Of a DNA stretch of 64,000 nt, positions 35,059 to 45,579 are shown piece after piece; positions within the stretch are counted from its first letter, which is position 1, and every line of letters begins with the position of its first letter. This DNA is from Clostridia bacterium (GTDB taxonomy: Bacteria > Bacillota > Clostridia > RGIG6154). The translations under genes were made by a program, and so were the position numbers. The DNA is taken from assembly GCA_045589295.1 (NCBI GenBank), contig JAZNOU010000012.1, positions 96,001 to 160,000 of the forward strand. The letters are read 5' to 3'. The notes under the pieces are model-generated. The model did no database searches. It worked only from the letters and a program-made list of their open reading frames with translations, and was not told where the DNA came from.

Positions 35059-36024
35059 ATGGATATTTTAAAGAAAATTTCTGACATTGGTATTGTTCCT
35101 GTTATTAAAATTAATGATGCTAAAAAAGCGGTTCCGCTTGCAAAAGCATTAATTGACGGCGGACTTCCGGTTGCTGAAATTACATTCAGAACAGATGCGG
35201 CTGAAGAAGCTATTAAATTAGTATCAGAAGCTTATCCTGAAATGATTGTTGGTGCAGGTACAGTTTTAACAATCGAACAGGCTGAGCGCGCTAAGAATGC
35301 GGGTGCTAAATTTATCGTAAGCCCTGGATTTAACCCAAAAGTTGTTAAATGGTGCGTTGAAAATAACATTTTGGCAACACCCGGATGCACATCACCATCT
35401 GAAATTGAACAGGCTTTGGAACTTGGACTTAAAGTTGTTAAATTCTTCCCTGCTGAACAAAGCGGCGGACTTGAAAAAATTAAGGCACTCTCTGCTCCTT
35501 ACGGAAATCTTAAATTTATGCCTACAGGCGGAATTAACCTCAAAAACTTAACCGAATATATGGCTAACAAGAAAATTGTTGCTTGCGGCGGAAGCTTTAT
35601 GGTTAAAGAAGAGTACATAAATGATGATCAGTGGGATAAAATCACACAGCTTACAAAAGATGCTGTTGATATTATGCTTGGATTAGAAGTTGTTCACATC
35701 GGTATCAATTCAGCTGATGAAAACGCTGCAAAAGAGACAGGTTTAAAACTTTCACAGGTTATCAGCAAGCCAATCGAAAGAGAATCAGAAAAAGGCATGT
35801 TTGTAGGTCCTCAGTTTGAAGTTATGAAATCTATGGGCAGAGGAACTCACGGTCATATCGCAGTAGGAACACCAAATGTTGAACGTGCTATTTACCACTT
35901 GTCACAAAGAGGTGTTAAATTTGATGAAGCTTCTGCTACATTTAATGCAGACGGTTCAAGAAAATTCATCTATTTGGCTGAAGAAATCGGCGGATTTGGT
36001 ATACACTTGGTAGAAAAGAAATAA
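35059..36024 (+). CDS. eda: KDPG/KHG aldolase with C-terminal extension
   Basis: EITFRT, GAGTVL, FIVSPG, KFFPA and MPTGGI motifs. Confidence 0.92.
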   Translation: MDILKKISDIGIVPVIKINDAKKAVPLAKALIDGGLPVAEITFRTDAAEEAIKLVSEAYPEMIVGAGTVLTIEQAERAKNAGAKFIVSPGFNPKVVKWCVENNILATPGCTSPSEIEQALELGLKVVKFFPAEQSGGLEKIKALSAPYGNLKFMPTGGINLKNLTEYMANKKIVACGGSFMVKEEYINDDQWDKITQLTKDAVDIMLGLEVVHIGINSADENAAKETGLKLSQVISKPIERESEKGMFVGPQFEVMKSMGRGTHGHIAVGTPNVERAIYHLSQRGVKFDEASATFNADGSRKFIYLAEEIGGFGIHLVEKK

Positions 36025-36042
36025 TCGGAAAGGACGAAAAAT

Positions 36043-37068
36043 ATGAAAATTGTTACTTTAGGCGAAATTATGTTAAGACTTAAATCTCCTGGTCTTGAGA
36101 GATTTATGCAGTCACCTGCTTTTGAAGCTACATTTGGTGGCGGCGAAGCAAACGTTGCAGTTTCACTTGCAAACTACGGAATGGATGCTAAATTTGTTAC
36201 AGCGCTTCCTGAAAATGCTATTGCAGAAGCTTGTGTTAGAGAATTAAGAGGCTTTGGTGTTGATGTTTCTGACATTCAGTACACAAAAGGCAGAGTTGGT
36301 ATTTACTATTTGGAATCAGGCACAAACCAGAGACCTTCAAAGGTTATTTACGACAGAGCAGATTCTTCAATCGCTCTTGCTACACCTGATGTTTTTGATT
36401 TCAATAAGATTTTTGATGGCGCAAACTGGCTCCATATCACAGGTATCACTCCTGCACTTTCACAGTCATCAGCTGACGTTTCACTTGCTGCTGTTAAAGC
36501 TGCAAAAGAAATGGGACTTACAGTTTCTTGCGACTTAAACTACAGAAAGAACCTCTGGAAGTATGGCAAAGAAGCAAAAGAAGTTATGAGAGAGCTTGTT
36601 AAATACGTTGACGTTATCATCGCAAACGAAGAAGACTGCCAGAAATCACTTGGTATGGAAAGCTCATCAAACGTTGAAAGCGGCGAACTTGATACTAAAA
36701 AGTATGAAATTTTAGCAAAAGACGTTTTAGACCTTTATCCAAATGCACAGAGAATTGCAATCACACTTCGTGAAAGCAAGAGCGCAAATCACAACGACTG
36801 GGCTGCATGTATTTATGACAGAAAAGAATTTTATGTTTCTAAAAAATATGAAATCAAGAATATCTTAGACAGAGTTGGCGGCGGCGACAGCTTTGGCGGC
36901 GGACTTATCTATGGTCTTTTAAACTACGACAATCAGAGAGATGCTCTTGAGTTTGCAGTTGCTGCAAGTTGCTTAAAGCACTCAATTTCAGGTGACTACA
37001 ACAGAGTTACTGTTAAAGAAGTTGAAGCATTAATGGGCGGCGACGGTTCAGGCAGAGTTCAGAGATAA
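36043..37068 (+). CDS. kdgK: 2-keto-3-deoxygluconate kinase (PfkB family)
   Basis: [20 protein letters not shown] and DRVGGGDSF motifs; adjacent to eda. Confidence 0.88.
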   Translation: MKIVTLGEIMLRLKSPGLERFMQSPAFEATFGGGEANVAVSLANYGMDAKFVTALPENAIAEACVRELRGFGVDVSDIQYTKGRVGIYYLESGTNQRPSKVIYDRADSSIALATPDVFDFNKIFDGANWLHITGITPALSQSSADVSLAAVKAAKEMGLTVSCDLNYRKNLWKYGKEAKEVMRELVKYVDVIIANEEDCQKSLGMESSSNVESGELDTKKYEILAKDVLDLYPNAQRIAITLRESKSANHNDWAACIYDRKEFYVSKKYEIKNILDRVGGGDSFGGGLIYGLLNYDNQRDALEFAVAASCLKHSISGDYNRVTVKEVEALMGGDGSGRVQR

Positions 37069-37082
37069 TCAAGCATAATTTG

Positions 37083-37109
37083 GCAGGGACAGGTTTGTCC
37101 CTGCTTTTT
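37083..37109 (+). terminator. Rho-independent terminator
   Basis: GCAGGGACA-ggtt-TGTCCCTGC plus T run. Confidence 0.8.
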
Positions 37110-37125
37110 ACTTGGAAGGTAATTT

Positions 37126-37932
37126 ATGATAATAGATTTTCATACCCACATTTTCCCCGACATAATAGCAAAAAGAACGGTTGAGGCTTTAAAAAAACAG
37201 TCAACAGACAATGGTTATCCTATCGAAAACCATTCGTCTGCCACACTTTCGGGGATTTTAGGCTCAATGCAAGAAAAAAGCATAGATATTTCGGTTGTTC
37301 TTCCTATTGCAACAAAGCCATCTCACTTTGAGTCAATGAACAGGTTTGCATCAGAGGTCAATAAACAACAAAATGTTATTTCTTTTGGTGCAATTCACCC
37401 CCAAGATGATGACTTGAAAGCACGTATGAAGCAAATCAAAGATATGGGCTTTAAGGGGATAAAGCTTCACCCTTATTTTCAGAACGTTAAAATTGACGAC
37501 ATCAAATTTATAAAAACTGTTGAAGAAGCGGTTAAAAATGATTTGATTGTTGCAATTCATTCGGGACTTGACAGTGGCTTTAAAACTGATATGGCAACCC
37601 CGAAAGATACATTAAAGCTTGTAAAAAACATTGACTGCTCAAAAGTTGTGTTTGCTCATATGGGCGGATGTATGCAGTGGGATTTGGTGGAAGAATACTT
37701 GGTTGGAGAAAATGTTTTATTTGATACAAGTTACTGCTTAGACATTATAAAAGATCAAGACCAATTTTTTAGGATTGTAAAAAACCATGGGGCAGATAAG
37801 ATTTTGTTTGGCTCAGATTTTCCTTGGACAGATGGCAGACAAAACGCACACAAAATCGACCAAATGCCGTTTTCACAAGAAGAAAGAGATGCCATTTTTG
37901 CAGGTAATGCAAAAAGGGTTTTAGGATTATAA
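37126..37932 (+). CDS. Amidohydrolase_2-family metal-dependent hydrolase
   Basis: IDFHTH, GIKLHP, AHMGG and LFGSDFPW motifs. Confidence 0.88.
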   Translation: MIIDFHTHIFPDIIAKRTVEALKKQSTDNGYPIENHSSATLSGILGSMQEKSIDISVVLPIATKPSHFESMNRFASEVNKQQNVISFGAIHPQDDDLKARMKQIKDMGFKGIKLHPYFQNVKIDDIKFIKTVEEAVKNDLIVAIHSGLDSGFKTDMATPKDTLKLVKNIDCSKVVFAHMGGCMQWDLVEEYLVGENVLFDTSYCLDIIKDQDQFFRIVKNHGADKILFGSDFPWTDGRQNAHKIDQMPFSQEERDAIFAGNAKRVLGL

Positions 37933-38001
37933 AAAAAGTTGCAAGAAGTTCATATTTATGGTATACTGAAGTGGACACATATTTTTGAAAGGAATGGTTA
38001 G

Positions 38002-38739
38002 ATGTCAGGACACAGTAAGTGGTCTAATATTAAACACAAAAAAGAAAAAAGCGATAGTCAGAAAGCAAAAATCTTTACAAAAATGGGTAGAGAAATTGCT
38101 GTTGCAGTAAAACTAGGAGGTCCTGACCCCGATGCCAACTCAAGACTTAAAGATATTATCGCAAAGGCAAAGTCAATGAATGTGCCTAATGATAACATAG
38201 AAAGAAGTATTAAAAAGGCTGCAGGCGACGGAGATACAAACAATTACGAAGATATCGTATACGAAGGCTATGGTCCGTCAGGAGTTGCGGTTATTGTTGA
38301 AACTCTTACAGACAACAGAAACAGAACAGCATCTGATATGCGCCACTATTTTGATAAATTCGGCGGCAACTTAGGTCAGATGGGTTGCGTTAGCTTTATG
38401 TTTGACAAAAAAGGTATTATCATTATTGATAATGAAGAAGCGGCTTTGGACGAAGAAGAAGTTATGATGGATGCATTAGATGCAGGTGCGGCGGACTTTA
38501 TCGCAGAAGAGAACTATTTTGAAGTACAAACAGAGCCTAATGATTTTTCAAGCGTTGTTTCTGCTTTGGAAGCAAAGGGCTATAAGTTTGCTTCAGCTCA
38601 GGTTGAAAATGTACCGCAAACAACAGTAAAACTTGAAAAAGAAGAAGATATTATCAATATGAACAAGCTTATTGATATTTTAGAAGACAACGACGACGTT
38701 CAAAATATTTATCACAACTGGGAAGAAGACGATGAGTAG
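38002..38739 (+). CDS. yebC: YebC/PmpR-family protein
   Basis: [20 protein letters not shown] and TDNRNRT motifs. Confidence 0.95.
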   Translation: MSGHSKWSNIKHKKEKSDSQKAKIFTKMGREIAVAVKLGGPDPDANSRLKDIIAKAKSMNVPNDNIERSIKKAAGDGDTNNYEDIVYEGYGPSGVAVIVETLTDNRNRTASDMRHYFDKFGGNLGQMGCVSFMFDKKGIIIIDNEEAALDEEEVMMDALDAGAADFIAEENYFEVQTEPNDFSSVVSALEAKGYKFASAQVENVPQTTVKLEKEEDIINMNKLIDILEDNDDVQNIYHNWEEDDE

Positions 38740-39235
38740 TTTAAATATTGTTTTAATAGAGCCCCAGATTCCTCAGAATACGGGGAATATCGCAAGAACG
38801 TGTGCGGCAACCAATACCATTTTGCACTTGGTTGAGCCTATGGGTTTTAAAATTGATGATAAAAAGTTAAAGCGAGCAGGACTTGACTACTGGCACTTTT
38901 TAGACATCCGCTATTATGATTCCACGGAGGATTTTTTTGAAAAAAATAAAGGCGGTGAATTTTTCTACTTCACCACCAAGGCGCTTTTAAGACATTCTGA
39001 TGTAAAATATCCCGACAACGCATACCTTGTTTTCGGCAGAGAAGATGCAGGGCTTAATGAAGCGCTTTTGCATGATAACAAAGACCATTGTGTAAGATTT
39101 CCGATGCAAAATGAAGCAAGGAGCTTAAATCTTTCAAATGCAGTTGCAATCGGGGTTTATGAGGTTTTAAGACAATGGGATTACCCCGAGCTTTTAACAA
39201 AAGGAAATTTAACAAAGTTTTCGTGGGACGAATAA
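38732..39235 (+). CDS. trmL: tRNA (cytidine/uridine-34-2'-O)-methyltransferase
   Basis: [24 protein letters not shown] and RSLNLSN motifs. Confidence 0.93.
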   Translation: MSSLNIVLIEPQIPQNTGNIARTCAATNTILHLVEPMGFKIDDKKLKRAGLDYWHFLDIRYYDSTEDFFEKNKGGEFFYFTTKALLRHSDVKYPDNAYLVFGREDAGLNEALLHDNKDHCVRFPMQNEARSLNLSNAVAIGVYEVLRQWDYPELLTKGNLTKFSWDE

Positions 39236-39305
39236 GTTTTTAAGAGGGTGATTTTTACTTAATATAAAAATCTTCCTCTTTGTTTTTCTTTATAAGGAGT
39301 AAATC

Positions 39306-40235
39306 ATGTCTTTTACACTTAAAATCAAAAGAGAAATATGTAAAAATTACCCCAAAGACAGGCAAACAGCTTTAGCTGAACTTTTGGGGGTTATTTGCTT
39401 TGGCGCAAACATTAAGGGTACTTCTTTAAACGTAAAAATTGAAAATGCTTTTGTGGCAAAAAGAATTTTTTCCTTGGTAAAGCAGTGTTTTGCGGTATCG
39501 CCAGTTATTAAGACAAGCGGGACTAAAACCAAAAACATTTATTTTGTTGAAATTGCAAATGGAATGGAAGCAATTGATATTTTATCAGAACTTTTGATGG
39601 TTAAAAACTCACACGAGATGAAGAATTTTGTGTCATTTGGTATTGACGAAATATTCATCCCCGATGAAGAAACAAAGCTTGCGGTGTTAAGAGGTGCGTT
39701 TTTAATGGCAGGGTCTTGTGCGCTTCCTGAAAAAGGGTATCACTTAGAAATTGCAACAAACAAATTAAAGCTTGCAAAAGAACTTTTGCGCATAATGGAA
39801 AGTTTTGATATTTATCCTAAGCAAATAAGAAGGACATCCAACTATGTAGTATATTTAAAGGATTCCGAGCAGATTTCAGATTTTCTGGGCGGAATTGGCG
39901 CGACTACAGCAATGTCACATATGCATGACACAATGATTGTAAAAGAAATTAAAAATAATATAAACAGAATAGCAAACTGCGAGTCTGCCAATCTTGAAAA
40001 ATCAATGGATGTAGGGTTTAAACAGGCGACAAAAATTGAAAAAATCAAAGACAACATCGGTCTTGATTCGCTTGAAAGCTCACTGAAAGAGATAGCAATT
40101 TTAAGACTTGAAAATAAGTCGGCATCATTAAAAGAACTTGGAGAAATGCTTTCAAAACCGCTTTCAAAATCGGGAGTTAATCATAAACTTAAAAAATTAG
40201 AAGAAATTGCAGATAGTATAAAGGAGGTAAGGTAA
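39306..40235 (+). CDS. whiA: DNA-binding protein WhiA
   Basis: MSFT..IKRE, LRGAFLMAGS, YHLEI, NRIANCESAN and SKSGVNH motifs. Confidence 0.93.
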   Translation: MSFTLKIKREICKNYPKDRQTALAELLGVICFGANIKGTSLNVKIENAFVAKRIFSLVKQCFAVSPVIKTSGTKTKNIYFVEIANGMEAIDILSELLMVKNSHEMKNFVSFGIDEIFIPDEETKLAVLRGAFLMAGSCALPEKGYHLEIATNKLKLAKELLRIMESFDIYPKQIRRTSNYVVYLKDSEQISDFLGGIGATTAMSHMHDTMIVKEIKNNINRIANCESANLEKSMDVGFKQATKIEKIKDNIGLDSLESSLKEIAILRLENKSASLKELGEMLSKPLSKSGVNHKLKKLEEIADSIKEVR

Positions 40236-43200
40236 TGGCATTTGTTCATCTGCACGTGCACAGTCAGTATAGCTTACTTGACGGCGCGTGTAAAATAACC
40301 GACCTTGTGGATAAGGTAAAAGCACTTGGACAGACCGCTGTTGCCATTACTGACCATGGTGCAATGTATGGTGCGGTGGATTTTTATAAATATGCAAAAA
40401 AACAAGGAATTAAGCCCATTATAGGGTGCGAGGTATACACCGCAAAGAGAAATTTAGAGGATAAAACGGCAGAACTAGACTCTGACTATGGACACTTGGT
40501 TTTGCTTGCTGAAAATCAGACAGGTTATAAAAATTTAATAAAGCTTGTTTCAATAGGCTTTACTGATGGATTTTATTATAAACCCAGAATTGATATGAAA
40601 ACCCTTAAAAAATATTCTGAGGGCATAATTGCGCTTTCAGCGTGTTTGGCGGGTGATGTACCTGGAAGGCTTGTAAAAGATGACTACGAGGGTGCAAAAC
40701 AAAAAGCAAAAGAATATCTTGAGATTTTTGGAAAAGAAAACTATTTTATAGAACTTCAAAATCACGGAATAGAAGAACAGATTAAAATAAATCCGCTTTT
40801 GTTAAAGCTTGCAAACGAACTTGGTGTGGAAACAGTTGTTACAAACGATGTTCACTACATAAATAAAAAAGACGCGTTTGCACAAGATGTTTTAATGTGC
40901 ATACAGATGAATAAGCTTGTGACAGATGAAACAAGATTAAAACACGAAACGAGCGAGTTTTATTTAAAATCGGAAGAAGAAATGAAAAAGGTATTTCCAA
41001 ACCTTGAAAAAAGCTTTGAAAATACTGCCGAAATTGCAAAAAGATGCAATGTTGAATTTGATTTTTCACAAAGATTTTTGCCTGAATTCCCCGTGCCTGA
41101 AGATTACACTTCAGAGCAGTATTTAAGACACCAGTGTGCGCTTGGTTTGAAAAAGAGATACGGTGAAAATAATAACGAGGCGAAACAGCGCCTCGAATAT
41201 GAGCTTTCGGTTATATCGTCTATGGGCTTTGTCGACTACTTTTTGATCGTGTGGGATGTTATAAAGTACGCAAAGGATAACGGCATACCTGTCGGACCGG
41301 GCAGAGGTTCGGCGGCAGGAAGCATTGTTTCATACTGTCTTGAAATAACAGATATTGACCCTATAAAATACAGCCTCTTTTTTGAGAGATTTTTAAATTC
41401 AGAGCGTGTTAGTATGCCTGATATTGATATGGATTTTTGTTATGAGCGCAGACAAGAGGTTTTGGATTATGTAACACAAAAATATGGCGAAAATAGAGTT
41501 GCTCAGATAATAACTTTCGGTACCATGAAAGCAAGAAATGCCGTGCGTGACGTAGGACGTGCTTTGGGGTATCCTTATGCTATGTGCGATGAAATTGCAA
41601 AGTTAATACCAAAAGAATTAAACATTACAATTGAAAGCTCACTTGAAAAAAGCAAAGAACTTAAAATGCGTTATGATGAAGATGATGAAGTCAGAAAGCT
41701 TATTGACACTGCAATCACATTAGAGGGAATGCCGCGTCATGCTTCAACTCATGCGGCGGGGGTTGTTATCACAAAAGACCCCGTTTCGACTTACGTTCCG
41801 CTTTATCGTAACGGCGACCTTATTTCAACTCAGTACACAATGGTAACATTAGAGGAATTGGGACTTTTAAAGATGGACTTTTTGGGATTAAGGACGCTTA
41901 CTGTTATCAAACACGCGGCAAATCTTTCGGGCGAAAATCTTGATATGGGAAAGATTGACTATTCAGATGCCAAAGTCTATGAAATGATAGGAAATGGTGA
42001 TACTGAGGGCGTTTTTCAGCTTGAAAGCGGCGGAATGAAAAGGTTTATGCGCGAGCTTAAGCCAAAAAGCTTAGAAGACATTATAGCGGGAATTTCACTT
42101 TACCGACCAGGGCCCATGGATTCAATTCCGACTTATGTAAAAAACAAAAACAACCCTGATGAAGTAACATATCTTCACCCAATGTTAAAACCTATTTTAG
42201 ACGTAACGTATGGATGTATAGTGTATCAGGAACAGGTTATGGAAATAGTTAAACAACTTGCGGGCTTTTCGATGGGCGGTGCGGATATGGTACGCCGAGC
42301 GATGAGTAAGAAAAAAGCGGCTGAAATGGAAAAGGCAAGAAATGAATTTTTGCACGGTAAAAAGGACGAAAACGGAAATGTTTTGGTTGATGGCGCAATA
42401 AGACGCGGAATAGATGAAAAAGTAGCGGGCGAGATAATTGACCACATTATGAGTTTTGCAAGCTATGCGTTTAACAAATCTCACGCGGCGGCATACGCAG
42501 TTGTTGCGTATCAGACTGCTTATTTAAAATGTCATTATCCCGTTGCATTTATGGCAGCGCTAATGTCAAGCTTTTTGGAAGACACCGATAAAATCACTGA
42601 ATATATTGAGCTTTGCAAAAAGATGGGTATGGAGGTTAAAAAGCCTGATGTTAACAAAAGCTTTTTGGAGTTCTCGGTTGAGGATAACAACATAAGATTT
42701 GGCCTTGCTGCAGTTAAAAACGTTGGAAGAAACTTTGTAAAAGCACTCACCGACGAAAGAGAGCAGGGGGGCGAGTTTGAAACCTTTAATCAGTTTGTTG
42801 AGAGAATGATAAAGTATGACAGCTTTAACAAGCGTGCGGTTGAAAGCCTTATACTAAGCGGTTCTATGGATTGCTTTGGACTTAATCGCTCACAGCTTGT
42901 ATTCATATATGAAAGGCTGATTGATGCAAAGACAGATGATATGAAAAGGGTTTCTGAAAATCAGATGTCGTTTTTTGCAGACGATAAACCGACAGAGGTT
43001 GAAATTCCAAAGCTTGATGAAATGGACCTTATGCTTCGTCTTTCCCATGAAAAGCAGACGCTTGGAATTTATATTTCAGGTCACCCTGTAGAGCGTTATA
43101 AAGAGCAATACAAACCTCTTGTAAACTGCAACACACTAGATATTAAAAGAACGGCTTTTGAAGAAGAAACTGATCTTAAAGACGGAGATTTGGTGGCATT

Positions 43201-43675
43201 TGCTGGAATAGTTTCGTCGAGAAAAATAAAATACACCAAGAAAAACGAAGAAATGGCATTTATTTCTTTAGAGGACAAGCTTGGTTCGGTTGAACTTGTG
43301 GCTTTTCCTAAAGTGTTTGCAGAGTTTAAAAAGAACTTGGCAGAGGGTACGGTTATTGTTGCAAAGGGCAGACTTCAGATAAGAGATGAGCAAGACAGTA
43401 CAGTCATTTTAAACCACGTAACAGAGCTTAAATCAAATGTAAAACCAAGAAGACTTTATATAAGATTTGAAAAAGGACAGACTCACTCAGAAGAAGAAAT
43501 TTTAGCGGTTTTGGATAAGTACAAAGGGGATATTCCCGTTATACTTTACGACGAGAAAACAAAGGTTACCAAAACGGCAAGAGCCGACCATTTTGTTACA
43601 ATCAGCGACAGGCTTATTGATGAACTCTCTGATATTTTAGGTGCAAGAAACGTTAAAATCACGGGAAATTCGTGA
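40235..43675 (+). CDS. dnaE: DNA polymerase III alpha subunit
   Basis: FVHLHVHSQYSLLDG PHP domain, GPGRGSAAGS, MPDIDMD, KMDFLGL and YAFNKSH motifs; no intein-sized insertion. Confidence 0.97.
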   Translation: MAFVHLHVHSQYSLLDGACKITDLVDKVKALGQTAVAITDHGAMYGAVDFYKYAKKQGIKPIIGCEVYTAKRNLEDKTAELDSDYGHLVLLAENQTGYKNLIKLVSIGFTDGFYYKPRIDMKTLKKYSEGIIALSACLAGDVPGRLVKDDYEGAKQKAKEYLEIFGKENYFIELQNHGIEEQIKINPLLLKLANELGVETVVTNDVHYINKKDAFAQDVLMCIQMNKLVTDETRLKHETSEFYLKSEEEMKKVFPNLEKSFENTAEIAKRCNVEFDFSQRFLPEFPVPEDYTSEQYLRHQCALGLKKRYGENNNEAKQRLEYELSVISSMGFVDYFLIVWDVIKYAKDNGIPVGPGRGSAAGSIVSYCLEITDIDPIKYSLFFERFLNSERVSMPDIDMDFCYERRQEVLDYVTQKYGENRVAQIITFGTMKARNAVRDVGRALGYPYAMCDEIAKLIPKELNITIESSLEKSKELKMRYDEDDEVRKLIDTAITLEGMPRHASTHAAGVVITKDPVSTYVPLYRNGDLISTQYTMVTLEELGLLKMDFLGLRTLTVIKHAANLSGENLDMGKIDYSDAKVYEMIGNGDTEGVFQLESGGMKRFMRELKPKSLEDIIAGISLYRPGPMDSIPTYVKNKNNPDEVTYLHPMLKPILDVTYGCIVYQEQVMEIVKQLAGFSMGGADMVRRAMSKKKAAEMEKARNEFLHGKKDENGNVLVDGAIRRGIDEKVAGEIIDHIMSFASYAFNKSHAAAYAVVAYQTAYLKCHYPVAFMAALMSSFLEDTDKITEYIELCKKMGMEVKKPDVNKSFLEFSVEDNNIRFGLAAVKNVGRNFVKALTDEREQGGEFETFNQFVERMIKYDSFNKRAVESLILSGSMDCFGLNRSQLVFIYERLIDAKTDDMKRVSENQMSFFADDKPTEVEIPKLDEMDLMLRLSHEKQTLGIYISGHPVERYKEQYKPLVNCNTLDIKRTAFEEETDLKDGDLVAFAGIVSSRKIKYTKKNEEMAFISLEDKLGSVELVAFPKVFAEFKKNLAEGTVIVAKGRLQIRDEQDSTVILNHVTELKSNVKPRRLYIRFEKGQTHSEEEILAVLDKYKGDIPVILYDEKTKVTKTARADHFVTISDRLIDELSDILGARNVKITGNS

Positions 43676-43694
43676 CTTTTGGAGTATTTTGCCC

Positions 43695-43723
43695 TTGACA
43701 GAGGGAAAAAGTTATTATATAAT
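43695..43723 (+). promoter_or_regulatory. SigA promoter of ftsZ
   Basis: TTGACA-17bp-TATAAT perfect consensus. Confidence 0.8.
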
Positions 43724-43825
43724 AAGTAATAATAGCCGATTTATGCACTTTTGCATATTTCACATATTTGACAAAAAAATTAAAAATACTTAATAAAAAG
43801 ATGTAATTCGTTAGGAGGAAAACAC

Positions 43826-44962
43826 ATGGCAATCGATTTTGTTGCTGACGGCATGAACGTTACACAGATTAAAGTTGTAGGCTGCGGTGGCGGCGGAAAC
43901 AACGCTGTTAACACAATGGTTCGTGCAGGTTTAAAAGGTGTTGAGTTTATCGCAATCAACACAGATAAGCAGGCTTTACTTACTTCTGAGGCAGACGTTA
44001 AAATACAGATTGGCGAAAAGATTACAAAGGGTTTGGGCGCAGGTGCTAATCCTGAAATCGGTGCTAAAGCTGCAGAAGAAAGCCTTGAAGAAATTTCTCA
44101 GGTATTAAAAGGCGCAGATATGGTATTTGTTACTGCTGGTATGGGTGGCGGAACAGGTACAGGTTCAGCTCCGGTTGTTGCAAAGCTCGCAAGAGAAATG
44201 GGTATTTTAACAGTTGGTGTTGTAACAAAGCCTTTCTCATTTGAAGGTCAGCTCAGAGCTAAAAACGCTGCATCAGGAATTGAAAACTTAAAAGACAGTG
44301 TTGATACACTTATCACAATTCCAAATGACAAGCTTTTTGAAATCGCTCAGAAAAATACACTTTTAACAGACGCATTTGCAGTTGCAAATGATATTTTAAG
44401 ACAGGGTGTTCAGAGTATTTCTGATATTATCACAGGTCACGGATACATTAACCTTGACTTTGCTGACGTTAAGACAATCATGAAAGATTCTGGTTATGCT
44501 CATATGGGTATCGGCAGAGCAAAGGGCGACAATCGTGCAGAAGAAGCGGCACTTGCTGCTATCAACAGCCCAATCTTAGAAACTTCTATCGATGGTGCAA
44601 GAGGCGTACTCTTAAAAATTACAGGTGCAAGCCTTGGCATCTTGGAAGTTCGTCAGGCTGCAGAACTTATTCAGCAGTATGTTGACCCATCAGCTAACAT
44701 CATCTTTGGTGCTACTATTGATGAAAGCCTTGGTGAAGAAATCGAAATCACTGTTATTGCAACAGGTTTTGACACTAGAAAAGGCGGTCTTCCGTTTGGA
44801 CAGAAAAAAACTGAAGAAGGCCCTTACGTTCGTCCTACAGGCTCAATATTTGAAACTTTAAAGCAGGAAAATGCTGAAAAAGAAACAAAGAAAGAAGCGC
44901 CAGCTGAAAAAGATGACGAATACGAAATTCCTAACTTTTTAAAGTGGAATAAAAACGACTAA
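43826..44962 (+). CDS. ftsZ: Cell division protein FtsZ
   Basis: [24 protein letters not shown] and C-terminal EIPNFLK motifs. Confidence 0.98.
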   Translation: MAIDFVADGMNVTQIKVVGCGGGGNNAVNTMVRAGLKGVEFIAINTDKQALLTSEADVKIQIGEKITKGLGAGANPEIGAKAAEESLEEISQVLKGADMVFVTAGMGGGTGTGSAPVVAKLAREMGILTVGVVTKPFSFEGQLRAKNAASGIENLKDSVDTLITIPNDKLFEIAQKNTLLTDAFAVANDILRQGVQSISDIITGHGYINLDFADVKTIMKDSGYAHMGIGRAKGDNRAEEAALAAINSPILETSIDGARGVLLKITGASLGILEVRQAAELIQQYVDPSANIIFGATIDESLGEEIEITVIATGFDTRKGGLPFGQKKTEEGPYVRPTGSIFETLKQENAEKETKKEAPAEKDDEYEIPNFLKWNKND

Positions 44963-44970
44963 TCTAAAAA

Positions 44971-45008
44971 AAAGCACCGCAAGAAAGTATCGCTTGCGGT
45001 GTTTTTTT
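44971..45008. terminator. Bidirectional terminator after ftsZ
   Basis: GCACCGCAAG...CTTGCGGTGT with A/T runs. Confidence 0.85.
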
Positions 45009-45016
45009 ATGCAGTT

Positions 45017-45190
45017 TTATTTATTTTCTTGTTCAAAAAAATGTTCTAAAATACTGATTATAACATTATTGAAGCTTGTTTCATTTTCTATTGCCATTTT
45101 ATTAACCTTTTCAGCCAGAACATCAGAAATGTAAAGAGTTTTATATCCGGCTTTAACCTTTTGTTTTGTAGGTTTAAGTTTAAATTCCAT
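45017..45190 (-). CDS. Small ribbon-helix-helix-like DNA-binding protein
   Basis: GAGGTGA RBS, then MEFKLK...KTLYISDVLAEKVNKMAIENETSFNNVIISIL (strand-helix-helix pattern). Confidence 0.6.
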   Translation of the reverse strand: MEFKLKPTKQKVKAGYKTLYISDVLAEKVNKMAIENETSFNNVIISILEHFFEQENK

Positions 45191-45299
45191 GTAATTCACC
45201 TCTGGATATATTTTAATATAAAACAAAACATTATAATATATTTTAAATTTCTGTTGTATTTTTAACATTTATATGCTAAAATATGTATGAGGTGATAAT

Positions 45300-45539
45300 A
45301 TGGATTTAAGATTAGAGCTTATTTCAAAAGAGCTTATGTCAAGGATTTGTGAAGAAATAAAGGGTATTGACATTGACGTTAATCAGATAGCACAAAGTGC
45401 GGCTATAACTGTATTGGAAAGAATAAAAAAAGTAATAATCACAGATGATGATGTACTTGATGATTGCGAGAAAATTGACAAAATACTTTATATTTTTGAA
45501 GAATATAATATTGAAACAGGTTCGTGTCATGATTATTAA
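45300..45539 (+). CDS. Small acidic hypothetical protein
   Basis: GAGGTGA RBS, 79-aa ORF, terminator directly after. Confidence 0.65.
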   Translation: MDLRLELISKELMSRICEEIKGIDIDVNQIAQSAAITVLERIKKVIITDDDVLDDCEKIDKILYIFEEYNIETGSCHDY

Positions 45540-45573
45540 AAAATACCCCCCACACTTTGTGGGGGGATTTTTT
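45540..45573. terminator. Bidirectional terminator
   Basis: CCCCCCACA-cttt-GTGGGGGG with A/T flanks. Confidence 0.85.
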
Positions 45574-45579
45574 CGTGTT

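Noticed and set aside
40235-43675. Intein or split-gene possibility in dnaE
   Set aside because: 1146 aa is normal length, the motifs are contiguous, and no intein or LAGLIDADG signature is visible.
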